Origin: Octopus bimaculoides
Taxonomy: Eukaryota
DNA length: 64,000 bases
Assembly (NCBI RefSeq): GCF_001194135.2
Contig: NC_068987.1
Span: forward strand, 90,170,451 to 90,234,450
Direction of reading: 5' to 3'
The position numbers were made by a program, and so were the translations under genes. Of the stretch, positions 12,653 to 25,325 are shown one piece after another (positions within the stretch are counted from its first letter, which is position 1; each line of letters opens with the position of its first letter). The notes below the pieces were generated by a model. The model was given only the letters and a program-made list of their open reading frames with translations. It had not been told where the DNA came from and ran no database searches.

Positions 12653-13259
12653 CATTCTTGTTTACTCCAACAATATATCAATCGCAATGGTTTTCCCATA
12701 AATATACAGAAGAAATAAGTTGCTGCTGACCTTAATTCAGTGTTGAATTAAGGTCAAAAGATTCCCAGCCAGGATCAGCCAATCTCTTTTTTTCCTTCTA
12801 ATACGGTATCCCCGACAACATTACCCAATATATCCTTCATTTTAAGATGGTTGGATGTGGTTTGAGGGAGATTCAGTTGCTATTTCTAACCAGTCAAGTA
12901 ATCATGTAGAGGTCCCCTTGTTAGTTAAGTAACTTGAAATGTTGGGTTACATAACCTACAAATTAATAAGTTCCACCACTGAACACTGAACACTTCATAT
13001 AAAATATCAAGAGCAAATTAGTTAATTTGACCCCTTGAAAAAAGGGGAGGTTTAGGTTCCACTAAAAGGAATTCTGGGCAGCAAGTCAATTTTACAGTGA
13101 TGCTGTTGCTTAAATTGAAGAATTGTTCTTCATTTATAGATGGAGATTTAAAAAAAAGTTAGAAAGCTTAGAAAAGGTTGATAAACTTTTGTCTGATTCT
13201 TTGAGCATATTTGAAATGTTATTTTCTTAAAACAACTGTGATTATCTTTACTTAAATAG

Positions 13260-13464
13260 GTTTGAATCACCAAGCAATCCTGGAGCCGTAGACTACAGGA
13301 AGTTTTGTGATGAAATTGAGTCTGTTTTTACCACTCCCAACCTTGATAAAAGCCCGTTGAAAGAAGTTGAGCAATATCGGCCAAAGCAGGAATGGGAAAC
13401 TAATATCCTGAAAGAAGAGGAAGAATCAGAATTCATGAAAGCAATGACTAGGATAGCTGAAAAG
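13260..13464 (+). CDS. Multi-EF-hand protein, exon 4 of 5
   Basis: Acceptor cttaaatag|G completes AG|G (Arg); FESPSNPGAVDYRKFCDEIESVFTTPNLDKSP...MTRIAEK; donor AAG|gtaaaa, phase 0. Confidence 0.88.
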
Positions 13465-13482
13465 GTAAAAATCAAATGGACA

Positions 13483-13986
13483 AGGTGCATTCTTGAAGGT
13501 CTGAGACTTTTCAGGAGAGACGTTTATTTATTTCAAAGAAGTACAAAACTCCAATCTCCTTCGAAGTGGGATGATCCTTTGACTTCAGTGCATTTGTTGT
13601 AGAACTTTAGCCACTTCTTGAAGACCCCCATGGTAGTCCTCCAAAGTGAAGGTGTCCAGAACCCTTCTGACAGCCTCCATTTTCTCCTGCTTAGGGAACA
13701 ATCAAAAGTCACAGGAAGCAAAGTCTGGACTGTGAGGAGCATGAAGGACAGTTCTGATGGCCATCTGTGTCAAATAATTGGTTATTAGGATGGAATTGTT
13801 GATGGGTGCAATGTCCTGGTACAAATGCTCTGTTTTTTACAACAAAACCTCTTCCCTAAATCCCTCAGCACCTCCCCAAAGTAGTCCTTGTTGACTGTCT
13901 AACAAGAGGGAACCCAGTAGTTGTAGATGATACCCTTGCTGTTGAAAAAAGGGATCACCATGAGCTTTCTAGTGGACTTGCCTTGC
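13483..13986 (-). mobile_element. Mariner (Tc1/mariner) transposase remnant with terminal inverted repeat-like end
   Basis: GKSTRKLMVIPFFNSKGIIY, WVPS..TVNKDYFGEVLR, QDIAPINNSILITNYLTQMAIRTVLHAPHSPDFASCDF*LFPK (degenerate HQDNAP and YSPDLAPCD catalytic motifs), KWLKFYNKCTEVKG..FEGD; TIR-like gtgcattcttgaaggtctgagactttt near 13488. Confidence 0.85.
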
Positions 13987-15584
13987 CTGACTATGTCCTT
14001 TAGCAAAGAAATACGCTTGTATCTTATTCAGTTTTTCAGTGAAAAACAGATGCTGGGATCATACAAGTTAATCCATAAGCAGTATGGAGTATTTCATAAA
14101 TTTTTGTGGCATTTTTGTCCCAGTTTAATGCAAAATTTAATTGCATAGTGAGTTTCCAAACTGTCATCATATTCCAACTGCATTCTTCAAACTAATCCTC
14201 TGTGACTAGCTATGTTTATTAAGGTGTTTTCACAGTGCTGTTACAGCTGTCTCCTTCAATCTGGAATAACAAAGGTTGGCAGGTCAGCTTATTAGATGTA
14301 TAGTAATGATATACTAAAATTACAATAATCTAGGACATTTATAACTGTGTCCCCTAAAAAAAAAAAATCTCGAAATCTATGGAATACATCTTGTAAATTA
14401 TTCAGTTGCACTTTAACTGTTGGTTCCTTAGTTAAGATGATAATTTCCTGAAAGTGTGGCTGTTACAGGCACCTATTTATATATATCCAGGAAAGCCATT
14501 AAATTAGTTTCTGTAGTTTGCTCAGTGAGCATGAATGATTGAGTTGCTTGGGTACAGAATAAGTAGGTAACATTGGTACTTGATATCATATCAATGTTAG
14601 TGTGTTGGTAGCCAAGGTGAACCTGAACACATACCGTAGGCTGAGAACAGCTACTCACTGTAAGCAGTGTCAGAATTATGGCATTGAGGACAGTGACAGA
14701 TTTATTAGTTGGCAGTAACTGAGTTGAAGTTGATTGGGACTGCAGTAGACAATGAGATGTATTCAGCAATTACATGGCTGGGTGGTTAAGAAGCCTGCTT
14801 TGCATCCAAATACTTTCAGGTTCAGTCTTACTGCATGGCACTTTGGGCAGGTGTCTTCTACAATAGTCACTGGCAATCAATGCCTTGTAAATGAATTTAG
14901 TGGATGGAAACTGTGTGGAAACCTGTTTTGTGTGTGTATTTGAGTTTGCCCCGCTCCACTGCTTGACAATTGGTGTTGGTTTGTGTATGTCCTTGGCAAA
15001 AGAGACCAATAGAAATAAGTACCTGATTGAAAAACATGATTACTGAGGTCAATTTGTTTGACTAAACCCTTCAGGGTAATGCCCCAGCATGGCCACAGTC
15101 CAGTCACTGAAACAAGTAAAAGATAAAAGTAAAACAACCTCTTGATTACAAAGAAGTTGACTTTTATTTTTCTGGGAATTGTTGCTACTTCGTCTGTGAT
15201 AATAGCATGGATACCAAAGATTGGAGTTTATTTAGAAACAGATCCAAAGAACTTAATCTCAGGCTGGAAACCTCGGAGGGATCTTAAGAAACCATCATTT
15301 GAATCGTAACAGTATTTCCTTAATGTAATAACTTCATCCTTTGCAGTCAGAGATATATCTGTTAACAGATATTCAATTCTACCAGCTTCAGAAATGAGTG
15401 TTAAGGAAATTTTCTGCCCAACCCCGCTCTTTATTTATGAGGAAACCAAATGCAGTTTGCATCCACATAATACTTCTTCTTTTATCATGATGTCTAACAG
15501 TTTAGAAAGTTTAAAATCATCTTTGTTTTATTAAACATGGCAATTTGTCCAACCATTTTCCAATCTTTTCAGCTTCCCCAATCT

Positions 15585-15747
15585 TGTTATTAGAAACACT
15601 GATCTTGTTCTCATTAAACAACCTGAAAAACTAAATAAGATACAAGCACACTTCTTAGCTAAAGGACATAGTCAGTTAAGTATGATACAATGATTGCTAT
15701 TTTAAACTAATACCACTTCTGTTGCACATAATGAATTTTTATTCAGT
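15585..15747. repeat. ~160 bp repeat, inverted relative to 17535-17693
   Basis: High-identity reverse-complement match to 17535-17693; partial copies at 13987-14041 and 16023-16077. Confidence 0.85.
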
Positions 15748-17400
15748 GAGCTAGCTAATTGCAACATCAGTGACTTTTCAAGTACTATTTTCCAATATCA
15801 ATGACGATGCATTTTATCTTGGCTTGTGGTTGCCAATGGATACATGTTGCTGACAAAGTTCAAAGAGGCAGAAATGCACATCTAGCTTTTTCATCACCCC
15901 TACTGGATGATTTTCTTTTGCTATTGATATATTCTTGTGTTATTTAATGCTGTACTTTTATAAAAGATTCTATCCCAGGACGAATGCTGCAGTAAATTTG
16001 GTTTTCCATAACATATATACTTTAAGTATAATGCACAGATTGCTATTTCAAACTAATACTACTTCTGCTGCACATAACAAAGTTTCAGAGTTAAGACAAT
16101 AATTAATGATGAGATGGCGGAAGCGGGATAAATATAGCTGCATCCACATATTTGTTGTGTGGATGCAATTTAGATTGTTTGATTTAATAAAAATATGGCA
16201 ATTTGCTTGCACCTATCTTTTCAATCATTGCAGCCCAACTTCCAATGGGAAGCAAAAGAGATACAACCAGGAATTAAACTAGAGTCAAAGATTTGCTTGA
16301 AAAGGATCACACAACAGATTTCTTTAATGCTTATTTAAGGATCATGTCTTAGAGATTAGGGTATTTGGCTGACAATGATAAAGTCCTGAGTTTGGTTCTT
16401 GGCTGTACATTGTGTTCTTGAGCAAGACACTTCACTTCATGTTGCTCAAGTTCATTCAGCTGGCAAAAACGGCCAGGCTTGTCACATTGTGTCATGCTCA
16501 ATCACCCTGAGAACTACATTCAGGTTACATGTGTCTGTGGAGTGCTCAGCCACTTGCACATTAATTTCACAAGCTGGCCATTCTCTTGATTGGATCAATT
16601 GAGACTCTTGCCGTCATAATCGACAGTGTCAATTAACCGTCATCGCACAACATTGAACAATTTTATGACTGTTTAAAATAAACAACCACAACTAAACAGA
16701 AATGGGTTTAACCGAAATTTGAGACAAGGACAGAGTCAGCTCACTGAGAACACCATTTTCTTCTATCGTTGAGCCCTGGCACTCCTAAGCTCAGTTACTC
16801 GGTTTCCATGGCATGTAAGTGACCCCTGAACAAGTTGTCAATACGTTGCTGGGTCCAGGGTCAGCAATTTTTGAGGGGAGGGGGAAGTCGACCACATTAA
16901 CCCCCAGCAGTTGACTTGTAATATAGTTCATCAACTCCGAATGGAATAAAAGACAGAGTTAACTTCTGTGGGATTTGAACTCAGAACATAAAGAGCTGAG
17001 AAGAAGTGCGGTGAAGCAGTTTGAACAACATGCTGATGATTCTGCCAGTTTGCCACTTGATTATAAATCAGAAATAGGTTCGACCATAATTTGAGACGTT
17101 TAAAAACAGCTCAATGATAACACGTCTCAAATCTGCATTGTTCATGTTTTAATTGTTTCTTATTTCTTTACTGCCCACAAGGGGCTACACACAGAGGAGA
17201 CAAACAAGGACAGACAAACGGATTAAGTCGATTACATCGACTCTAGTGCATAACTGGTACTTATTTAATCGACCTTGAAAGGATGAAAGGCAAAGTCGAC
17301 CTTGGTGGAATTTGAACTCGCGGAATTAAAACTGAACGTTTTAATAGTTTCTGACAATGATATCAGGTAATAAATGCTTGCCGTAGGGAAAAAGTTAAAT

Positions 17401-17533
17401 AAATGTACAGGTCACTGTTGTAAGCATTGGAGATATAGTGTAATTAGTTGATAAATGCATATTTAATTAAATCAAGAGGTAAGGTACTAAATAATGTATG
17501 TGAAAATATTCTGATGAGTTGAAATTTGTCTCT
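17401..17533. repeat. ~130 bp direct repeat, second copy at about 19525-19640
   Basis: atgtacaggtca.tg.tgtaagcatt.gagatatag...ggtactaaataatgta..gaaaatattctgatga.ttgaaatttgtctct occurs on both sides of the terminal exon. Confidence 0.8.
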
Positions 17534-17861
17534 GACTGAATAAAAATTCATTATGTGCAACAAAAATAGGATTAGTTTAAAATAGCAATCATTGTATCAT
17601 ACTTAACTCTGGCCTTTAGCTAAGAAGTATGCTTGTATCTTATTCAGTTTTTCAGGTTGTTGAATGAGAACAAGATCAGTGTTTCTAATAACACAACTTC
17701 TATGCAACACCAACAACAACGATAAGCTCTTATATTGACACAGCAACGCTCATTAACGACAAAGAAAATTATATAATCCGTTTTATTTATTTCGTTGTTA
17801 AAGTATTTTATCAAAGAAGCAACTTTTAAGAATTAGAGTTACTTCCCTTGTCTTCTTGCAG

Positions 17862-18113
17862 GTCCGCCAAGTACGCCTACAGTTGTTCCCCCTGATGGAA
17901 GATTACGATAAGAACAACATTGGCAGTCTCTCCCGCTCACAATTTCGTAGAGTTCTTGTAGAATTAGATTTGGGAAGTTATTTCACCGAACGAGAACTCG
18001 AAATTATATGTAAAAAGTTCAAAGTGCGAGTGGGCACAAGAGACGACGTACATTATATCGCCTTTTGCGACTTCGTTTATGAGTTGGCCAAATTTATTTA
18101 CAGGACTCCTTAA
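17862..18113 (+). CDS. Multi-EF-hand protein, terminal coding exon
   Basis: Acceptor tcttcttgcag|GTC; VRQVRLQLFPLMEDYDKNNIGSLSRSQFRRVL...VHYIAFCDFVYELAKFIYRTP*; stop TAA at 18111-18113. Confidence 0.9.
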   Translation, partial: VRQVRLQLFPLMEDYDKNNIGSLSRSQFRRVLVELDLGSYFTERELEIICKKFKVRVGTRDDVHYIAFCDFVYELAKFIYRTP

Positions 18114-18153
18114 GGAAAATCCTGCAAGCGATGAGAGATCACACAGGTTTGAA

Positions 18154-18159
18154 AATAAA
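18154..18159 (+). promoter_or_regulatory. Candidate polyadenylation signal of the EF-hand gene
   Basis: AATAAA 41 nt after the stop codon, followed by T-rich sequence; the motif is common in this AT-rich DNA. Confidence 0.4.
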
Positions 18160-18529
18160 ATAGATTTCATGTATAAATCAACAGATTTTTTTATTTATTA
18201 ATTTATTTTATCATTGTAATTATACGACGAAGGTGAAGAGCCCTGAAAATGTAAGTGACACGATTTCATCAGAAATTGTGACCAAGCTTGACTTCCTGGG
18301 GTTACTCCAATTAAATTGAACCTTAGAAAATGACACGAATGTTACGATCTCAGTTTATTTGAACAAAGGTCTAAAGAACTAATAACCCTTAGATGGGTAC
18401 ATTTGACAGTGAAAAGTCTGTCGACTATCACACTATCCGTGAGATAGATTATTTTTACGTTTGCTGGAAAAACGATCAAATATCCATTGAGCATTGCAAC
18501 TGGCACTCGACTGAACGGACATTAGCTTA

Positions 18530-19262
18530 NNNNNNNNNNNNNNNNNNNNNNNNNNNNNNNNNNNNNNNNNNNNNNNNNNNNNNNNNNNNNNNNNNNNNNN
18601 NNNNNNNNNNNNNNNNNNNNNNNNNNNNNNNNNNNNNNNNNNNNNNNNNNNNNNNNNNNNNNNNNNNNNNNNNNNNNNNNNNNNNNNNNNNNNNNNNNNN
18701 NNNNNNNNNNNNNNNNNNNNNNNNNNNNNNNNNNNNNNNNNNNNNNNNNNNNNNNNNNNNNNNNNNNNNNNNNNNNNNNNNNNNNNNNNNNNNNNNNNNN
18801 NNNNNNNNNNNNNNNNNNNNNNNNNNNNNNNNNNNNNNNNNNNNNNNNNNNNNNNNNNNNNNNNNNNNNNNNNNNNNNNNNNNNNNNNNNNNNNNNNNNN
18901 NNNNNNNNNNNNNNNNNNNNNNNNNNNNNNNNNNNNNNNNNNNNNNNNNNNNNNNNNNNNNNNNNNNNNNNNNNNNNNNNNNNNNNNNNNNNNNNNNNNN
19001 NNNNNNNNNNNNNNNNNNNNNNNNNNNNNNNNNNNNNNNNNNNNNNNNNNNNNNNNNNNNNNNNNNNNNNNNNNNNNNNNNNNNNNNNNNNNNNNNNNNN
19101 NNNNNNNNNNNNNNNNNNNNNNNNNNNNNNNNNNNNNNNNNNNNNNNNNNNNNNNNNNNNNNNNNNNNNNNNNNNNNNNNNNNNNNNNNNNNNNNNNNNN
19201 NNNNNNNNNNNNNNNNNNNNNNNNNNNNNNNNNNNNNNNNNNNNNNNNNNNNNNNNNNNNNN
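18530..19262. other. Assembly gap (N run)
   Basis: Other gaps: 1148-1175, 22417-22426, 25043-25173, 27039-27590, 32121-32710, 36453-36999, 48461-48844, 54715-54724. Confidence 1.
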
Positions 19263-20174
19263 TAACGATTTTAGAAAACTTTATAAGCTATTATAGACGG
19301 AGGATAACTGGCTGGATTTGTTAGTTAGTCGTTAATTTGAATTATGGAAGAGAAGTGATCGGAGAGGAACTGAAGAACTGGTGCTAACGAAGAGAGAAGA
19401 AAACGACGATGTATCACTTTACTTTAACCCAGGGGCATCTTTATATAATCCATAAAGACATTTGTCCCTGTTATTCTTGCCTGAAGTAGTCTAAGGCATC
19501 TGGCAAGTACAGAGCCTCATGAAAATGTACAGGTCATTGCTGTAAGCATTAGAGATATAGCATAATTAATTAGATCAAGAGGGAGGCGAGGTACTAAATA
19601 ATGTACGGGAAAATATTCTGATGAATTGAAATTTGTCTCTTTGAGGAACCAAACGAAAACCTAGTGGGAAATTGTTGGCAGCTCTGAAAGTGAAGGGGAG
19701 ATAATCTCAAGAACTTGTGAATTCATTTCACAAGAATTGTATTTTGATAACTGCTGACTTTATAATTCTTCTACGTGTATATTCTTTGATTCTTTTACTG
19801 GTTTCAGCCAAGCTGGGGGCACTACCTTTGTACATTAGATAGATAGATGTCTTGTTGTCTCTGATTCAGTTTGCCTCTAGTAAAGACCTGTGCTGATGGG
19901 GAGGGTGCGAGACGAACAGACACAACCAGTTGGAAGTGCAGTGACACAAATTTATAAAAAAATGTGGCAGGAAACTTATTTTTACGTTGTTGTCATGCTT
20001 ACTTGGACAGAAATTACTTCAGTAAAGTTTCTTTGATCAGAGAAGCCGTGTTTACAAGAGTACTGCTCATCCAGTCCTGTCTGGGAAGGTGCTAGAAAAG
20101 ATGCCATAAAACTTGCCTGTCTGTTTATTGCAACTAAAAGTAGTTCAACAAAAATAGGCTTAACACAAAATTTT

Positions 20175-21365
20175 AATATTTGCTGTTGGAATATAAGAAC
20201 CCTTCTAGATCATCCTGAGTATTAAATTATCCTTGTTGTTAAAGAACTGCAGCATCACAAAATAGAATAGCAGCCCTTTCTGAAACCTGGCTTACTGTTG
20301 AAGATCCTTTGATAGAATCTTCCTCTCACTTTACAATATTCTGGGTTAGAAAACCAAGGTTATTTGAATAGATGGAGGTGCTAGATTTGCTGTGAAAACC
20401 AGTCTGTTGCAAGATTTAGAGCATGAAATAGAGAATTCTAATGTGTAGTGGTCGTCGTCTCTTCTTTTTGTGTATGCACCAACTGGTCAAGAAACTGAGG
20501 ATACAATCTTTCTAAATTCTTCAGAAATATCATTTCTTTCACACATGAAAAGCTTATTCTGAGAAAGTTTAATGCTTGTGTTGGTGGACAATCTGAAATC
20601 TGAAGTTCACTTGGCTGTCATGATATTTTGGTCATGAGAACAGGAATGACTTGCCCTTCAACTGTGTTCTGAACCTAATTTAAACATTTGTAACACTTTT
20701 TAGACACTTGTAATCTGCACGTTTTGCACAGCTTGGACTGTGACCATAAACTAATATGGAGGAGTTCAGGTTTGTAAGAAAATTCTCAGCAATAGGGCAA
20801 AACTGGTAATGAGAACTGCTGTGGATATATTGGAAATTGTACAAAACAAGCTCAATGATGTCGGTTTTAATGGAACTTGGAAGAATTTCAAGGATTAGGC
20901 ACATGATTTGGGCTTCAGTATCTTGGGAATCAAAAGAAAGATACACAGAGACTGGCTTGACAATGGTAATGAAATATGCCAACTGCTGGAGGAATAAAAA
21001 AAAACTAATTTCCAAGACTTTATTGGATCTCAAAGTCCACAGAAAACTCAGAGAAGTCACGAAGCAGTGAGAATTAATCTAAAATACTTGATAGCCACAG
21101 ATTTCATCAGATGTATTCAACACAAAGAATTCCAGAGCTTTATATTGTCTTCTTAGACAAGTATTTCAACCTGTCATTTTAACATTTGTGTGCATGATTA
21201 AAGCACTGCACCACAATATAGAAGCCAGGATTGTGTGCACTAAATAAGGGAGCTTTCAGAAGAGATTGCTTGAGACAATGGAGTAAAACATAATGACTTG
21301 GCACCAACATTGTTTTCAATCTATTTCACTACAATGTGATAAAGGTGTTGAAATATTTGGTAGAT
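20175..21365 (+). mobile_element. Highly decayed RTE-clade (BovB-like) LINE: APE endonuclease to RT
   Basis: WNIRTLLD, AALSETWL, FAVKTSLL, VYAPT, DCDHKLIW, IKRKIHRDWLDNGNEICQLLEE, FVCMIKALHHNIEAR, NGVKHNDLAPTLFSIYF in colinear order, with internal deletions. Confidence 0.8.
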
Positions 21366-23369
21366 AGAAAATGAAAGAAGCATGTTTTATATATATATAT
21401 ATATTTGTGTGTGTGTGTGACCTTTGTATAGCACATGATGGTTGTAAAACAAGCATCACCATCATTTAAGAGATGTTGTTTGTTCCCAGTCATCCTTGGA
21501 AAACATGTCTGGCAAAAAAGGAGCTATTACCTTGATTGGAAATAGGAAAAGCATTTAAAAGAAGTAAAAAATTGTTTCATCAAATACTCTCTAACTCATG
21601 CATGTAAAAGTGGATATTTAAACAATGATGATGATGATGCTTAAGTGTATACATATGTATAATTATACATGAACAGCAATTCAGGAGTCTTTCTTTCCCT
21701 TCTTTTTTTTTGTTTTTTACTCTCTCTCCAATCTTCCACTGCTACCATCACAACTGACACTTGTCACCACTTCTTCCATCGCTCCTCATCTTGCTTGCCA
21801 ATTCACCTTATCTCCACCATCAAAATAACAACAGGTAACTAAAGTTATGTGTCCTGTGGCAAAACCTGTGAAATTTCCACAGGTTTTGCTTGTTTAGATC
21901 ATTCTGATAACTAAGGTACAAAAAAAAAAAGTCTCAGGGGCATTTTAATTGACTTGTAGAGAAAGCTTTTCTTCTGCCTCATCAATTGAATTCCAGATTT
22001 TTTTGTGTTGTGGAGAGATTATTGAATATTTCATCTTTTTGTTTAGAGAAAGCCAGTTTGACAGAATCTGTCCCTTTCTAGCTTATGTCCTTACGTTGCA
22101 AACTAAGAGAGATTGTACTGGTAACAGACATGGAATATGAAGGGGAAATTGCGATGGAATAAAAATGCTGTCAATTCCAGTGGGAAGAGGAAATACAACT
22201 AAAAAGAATACTGTGGCTAAATTAAATCAATGTAATATGTGATTTCTTCATAAATTCTAATGTTGTCTTTGAGCAGTTGATATTATTCTAGATTTATTTA
22301 CTGGTTGAGTGAGTGCTATTAGATGAATAATTGAATCAGAGGGAAATTAGACTAACATATCAGAAAACTTACACAAATTGGGAATCAAATGAGAAAATAT
22401 TATTTAGTGACTAACANNNNNNNNNNGGGGGGGGGGGGATAGTGTTTCTGCTAGTTTAACTTAATGAATTCAAAACACATAGATCCAATGTCATGTCTAT
22501 GCAAAAATTAACCAATTATGTGCTAGAATGGTATTTCTGGTGATATATTTTATAGAGTATCAATCTCATACTCCCAGCCACTCTCAAAGTGGGGAAACTT
22601 TAAATCCCAATTGAAGAACTATTTTTCATATTTTGAAGAATGGCAATGTAATCATGGATGACAAAGTTTTAGAATAATGGTGTTGGAAGAATTTTGAAGA
22701 AAGGATTTCTTCATAAAGAACAGGTCACCGGAAAATTTTTTTATTTAGGGTATTGTTTAAATTGGACTTAATATAGTTTCCTTTGGAAGTGAAATTCAAG
22801 ACATAGAAGCAAAATCTGGAATTGAAAGCCTTAGAGTAAACTTAGCAAAAAGAAAAAAAATTAGTAAGTAGGAAGGAAGATAAACTTCTCAGAGCAACAA
22901 GGAAATGGCTATGATCTGTCTACAGACAGAGTCAGTAGATATTTAATGTGTGCTCAGAGGAAATAAGACACATATGAGGAATCATAAGCAGACTAACAGA
23001 GAAGGTAAATTTTTATATGCATTGGGGCAATAAGTACTAAAAGCACTCATCATCATCATCGTTATTGTCTGTTTTCCATGTTGGCATGGGTTGGACGGTT
23101 TGACTGAGGGCTGGCAAGCCAGAAGGCTGCACCAGGCTCTAATCTGATCTGGCAATGTTTCTACAGCTGGATGTCCTTCCTAATGCCAACCAGTCTGAGA
23201 GTGTAGTGGGTGCTTTTTTATGTACCACCGGGACAAGGGCCACACAGGTGGTACTGGCATCAGCCACTCTTGAATGGTGCTTTTTATGTGGCACCAGCAC
23301 AGGAGCCAGTCAATATATCGATTCTCAAATGCCCAACTCAAAATAGCTGCTGGCTTTCACTCCCTAAGT

Positions 23370-23895
23370 GACCAAAGTAACAGTGAAAAGTGGATGTTCT
23401 GAAAGTGTGATAAGAAGAATAAGAAGAGGCTGGTGAAAGTTTAGGGAACAATGACTTCCACTGGCCACCAAGGGCTGATCCTCTTCAGTTGAGGGCACAT
23501 TATTTGATACTTGTGGGCAAAGCACACTGTTGTATAACAGTGGGATATGGGCCATAAATGTAGAGGAACCACAAAGACTAGAAAGAAATAAGGCAAGTCT
23601 GCTTTGTTGGATGTACCATGCTAGTGTAGATGAATAACAAGGTATAAATGGAGAGACGAATGAGGTAGGAAAGGAAACGGATGTAGCATGCAAGGGAGGA
23701 GGAGGCTGCAATTGTATGGGCAGATGGAGGCTGACAGCTGCACAAGCAAGAGCAGTGCATTTAAAGTGAAGAGAGAGAGAAAGACTTAAGAAAAGTTGGG
23801 ATCAGGCGGTGAAAACAGATCTCAAGACGTTACAGTTGACAAAGGAGGTGACTGAGTGTTGAGGGGTGACATTCAACACTATAGAAGACCCAATT
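23370..23895 (+). mobile_element. Decayed RTE LINE, ORF C-terminal region
   Basis: SGCSESVIRRIRRGW*KFRE, LYNSGIWAINVEEPQRLERNKASLLCWM, RLQLYGQM, RKT*EK: matches the RTE pattern GCSESV..RIR.AW.KFRELLPLL / LERNEASMLRWMC / RLRWYGH. Confidence 0.75.
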
Positions 23896-24489
23896 GTATT
23901 ATGAAAGTGACATATACAGGCATGGCAACATGGTAAGAAGTTTGCTTCCCAACCACATGGTTCCAGGTTCAGTCCCACTGCATGGCACCTTGGGCAATTG
24001 TCTTCTATTATAGCCTTGGGCTGACCAAAGCCTTTGAATGGATTTGGTAGACAGAAACTGAAAAAAGTCTGTCATATGTATGTGTGTGTGCATGCATGCG
24101 CGCGTTCCCTCCCCCACCTCCATCACTTGATAACAGGTGTTGGTGTGTTTCCATCTCTGTAACTTAACAGTTTGGTAACAGAGACTGATAGAATAAGTAC
24201 CAGGCTTGTATAGAAAAAAAAAAGTGCAGGGATCGATTCATTCAATTAAAAATTCTTTGAGGCAGTGCCCCAGCATGGCCAGTCTAAAGACCGAAAGAAA
24301 TAAAAGCAAGTGCAATGCGTAACAGCCACTTGTTGATGGGTAGGATGGAGATGTAAATTTATCCAACCTATTTCCACAGAAGAAAAACAACTGATAAACC
24401 AAAAGCATTGGCATTGAGGAATTACTGGAAACAGTTCTTAGATTATGTCTATTACCACACCCACCCCCATCCCACCACTCAGCTTTCAG

Positions 24490-24744
24490 TCTCCATGTGT
24501 TAAACTGAAATTGAGGCTGACAAAAACTGTGAAGAAGCTCATTGGATAAACAGTAAGTGTAATTCAGAGCTCCAGTCTGATGACACATTGTGTGGAGCTG
24601 TTCTAGTCTTGGAATTAAGTTAAAGACATACACACATGTCTGTGGAATACTCAACCACTTACACAGTAATTTAACAAATAGTTAGTGTTCAGCAGATTGA
24701 ACATCAGTTCATTGTTGAAACCAATCGAGGATCCTTTATCATGT
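24490..24744 (+). repeat. Segment A, direct duplicate of 29640-29872
   Basis: Near-identical over ~230 bp; the 29.7 kb copy lacks ~27 bp (tggagctgttctagtcttggaattaag). Confidence 0.9.
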
Positions 24745-25325
24745 AAGTATCTAGCCACACACACACATGCATATATTGTTGAGGATCCTACACATATCAT
24801 TGTCTAAATTTTTTTTTTTTCCTGTCTATTTCTCCGTATGCATACTCACATATCATGCCATTGGTGTATGCAATCCATCTTAAACTACAACCATACATGT
24901 ATGTCCTCATATTGTCAATATGCTGATGCAATCCCACCTCACCTCTCCCTTCTTTTTCCTATCGTTTTAGTTCTTTTCTTCCTCATACTGCCCCCCCCTC
25001 TCTCTCATTTATTCTGTCTTCAACCTGAAGGTTTGTTCAATTNNNNNNNNNNNNNNNNNNNNNNNNNNNNNNNNNNNNNNNNNNNNNNNNNNNNNNNNNN
25101 NNNNNNNNNNNNNNNNNNNNNNNNNNNNNNNNNNNNNNNNNNNNNNNNNNNNNNNNNNNNNNNNNNNNNNNNNTGCAATCCCACCTCACCTCTCCCTTCT
25201 TTTTCCTATCGTTTTAGTTCTTTTCTTCCTCATACTGCCCCCCCCTCTCTCTCATTTATTCTGTCTTCAACCTGAAGGTTTGTTCAATTTTTATTGGTTA
25301 ACAATTTAATTTCTCAACGAAAATT
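24741..25325. repeat. Segment B, inverted duplicate of 31186-31552 (contains an N gap with an overlap artefact)
   Basis: Reverse-complement match of about 350 bp with scattered substitutions and microsatellite length differences. Confidence 0.9.

Noticed and set aside
15190-15500. Mostly open - strand stretch with protein-like composition (IKEEVLCGCKLHL...FQPEIKFFGSVSK)
   Set aside because: Contains an internal stop, lacks convincing splice sites and matches no family I recognise; a tBLASTx search would settle it.
24928-25288. Identical ~115 bp on both sides of the 25043-25173 gap
   Set aside because: Typical contig-overlap artefact at a scaffold gap.
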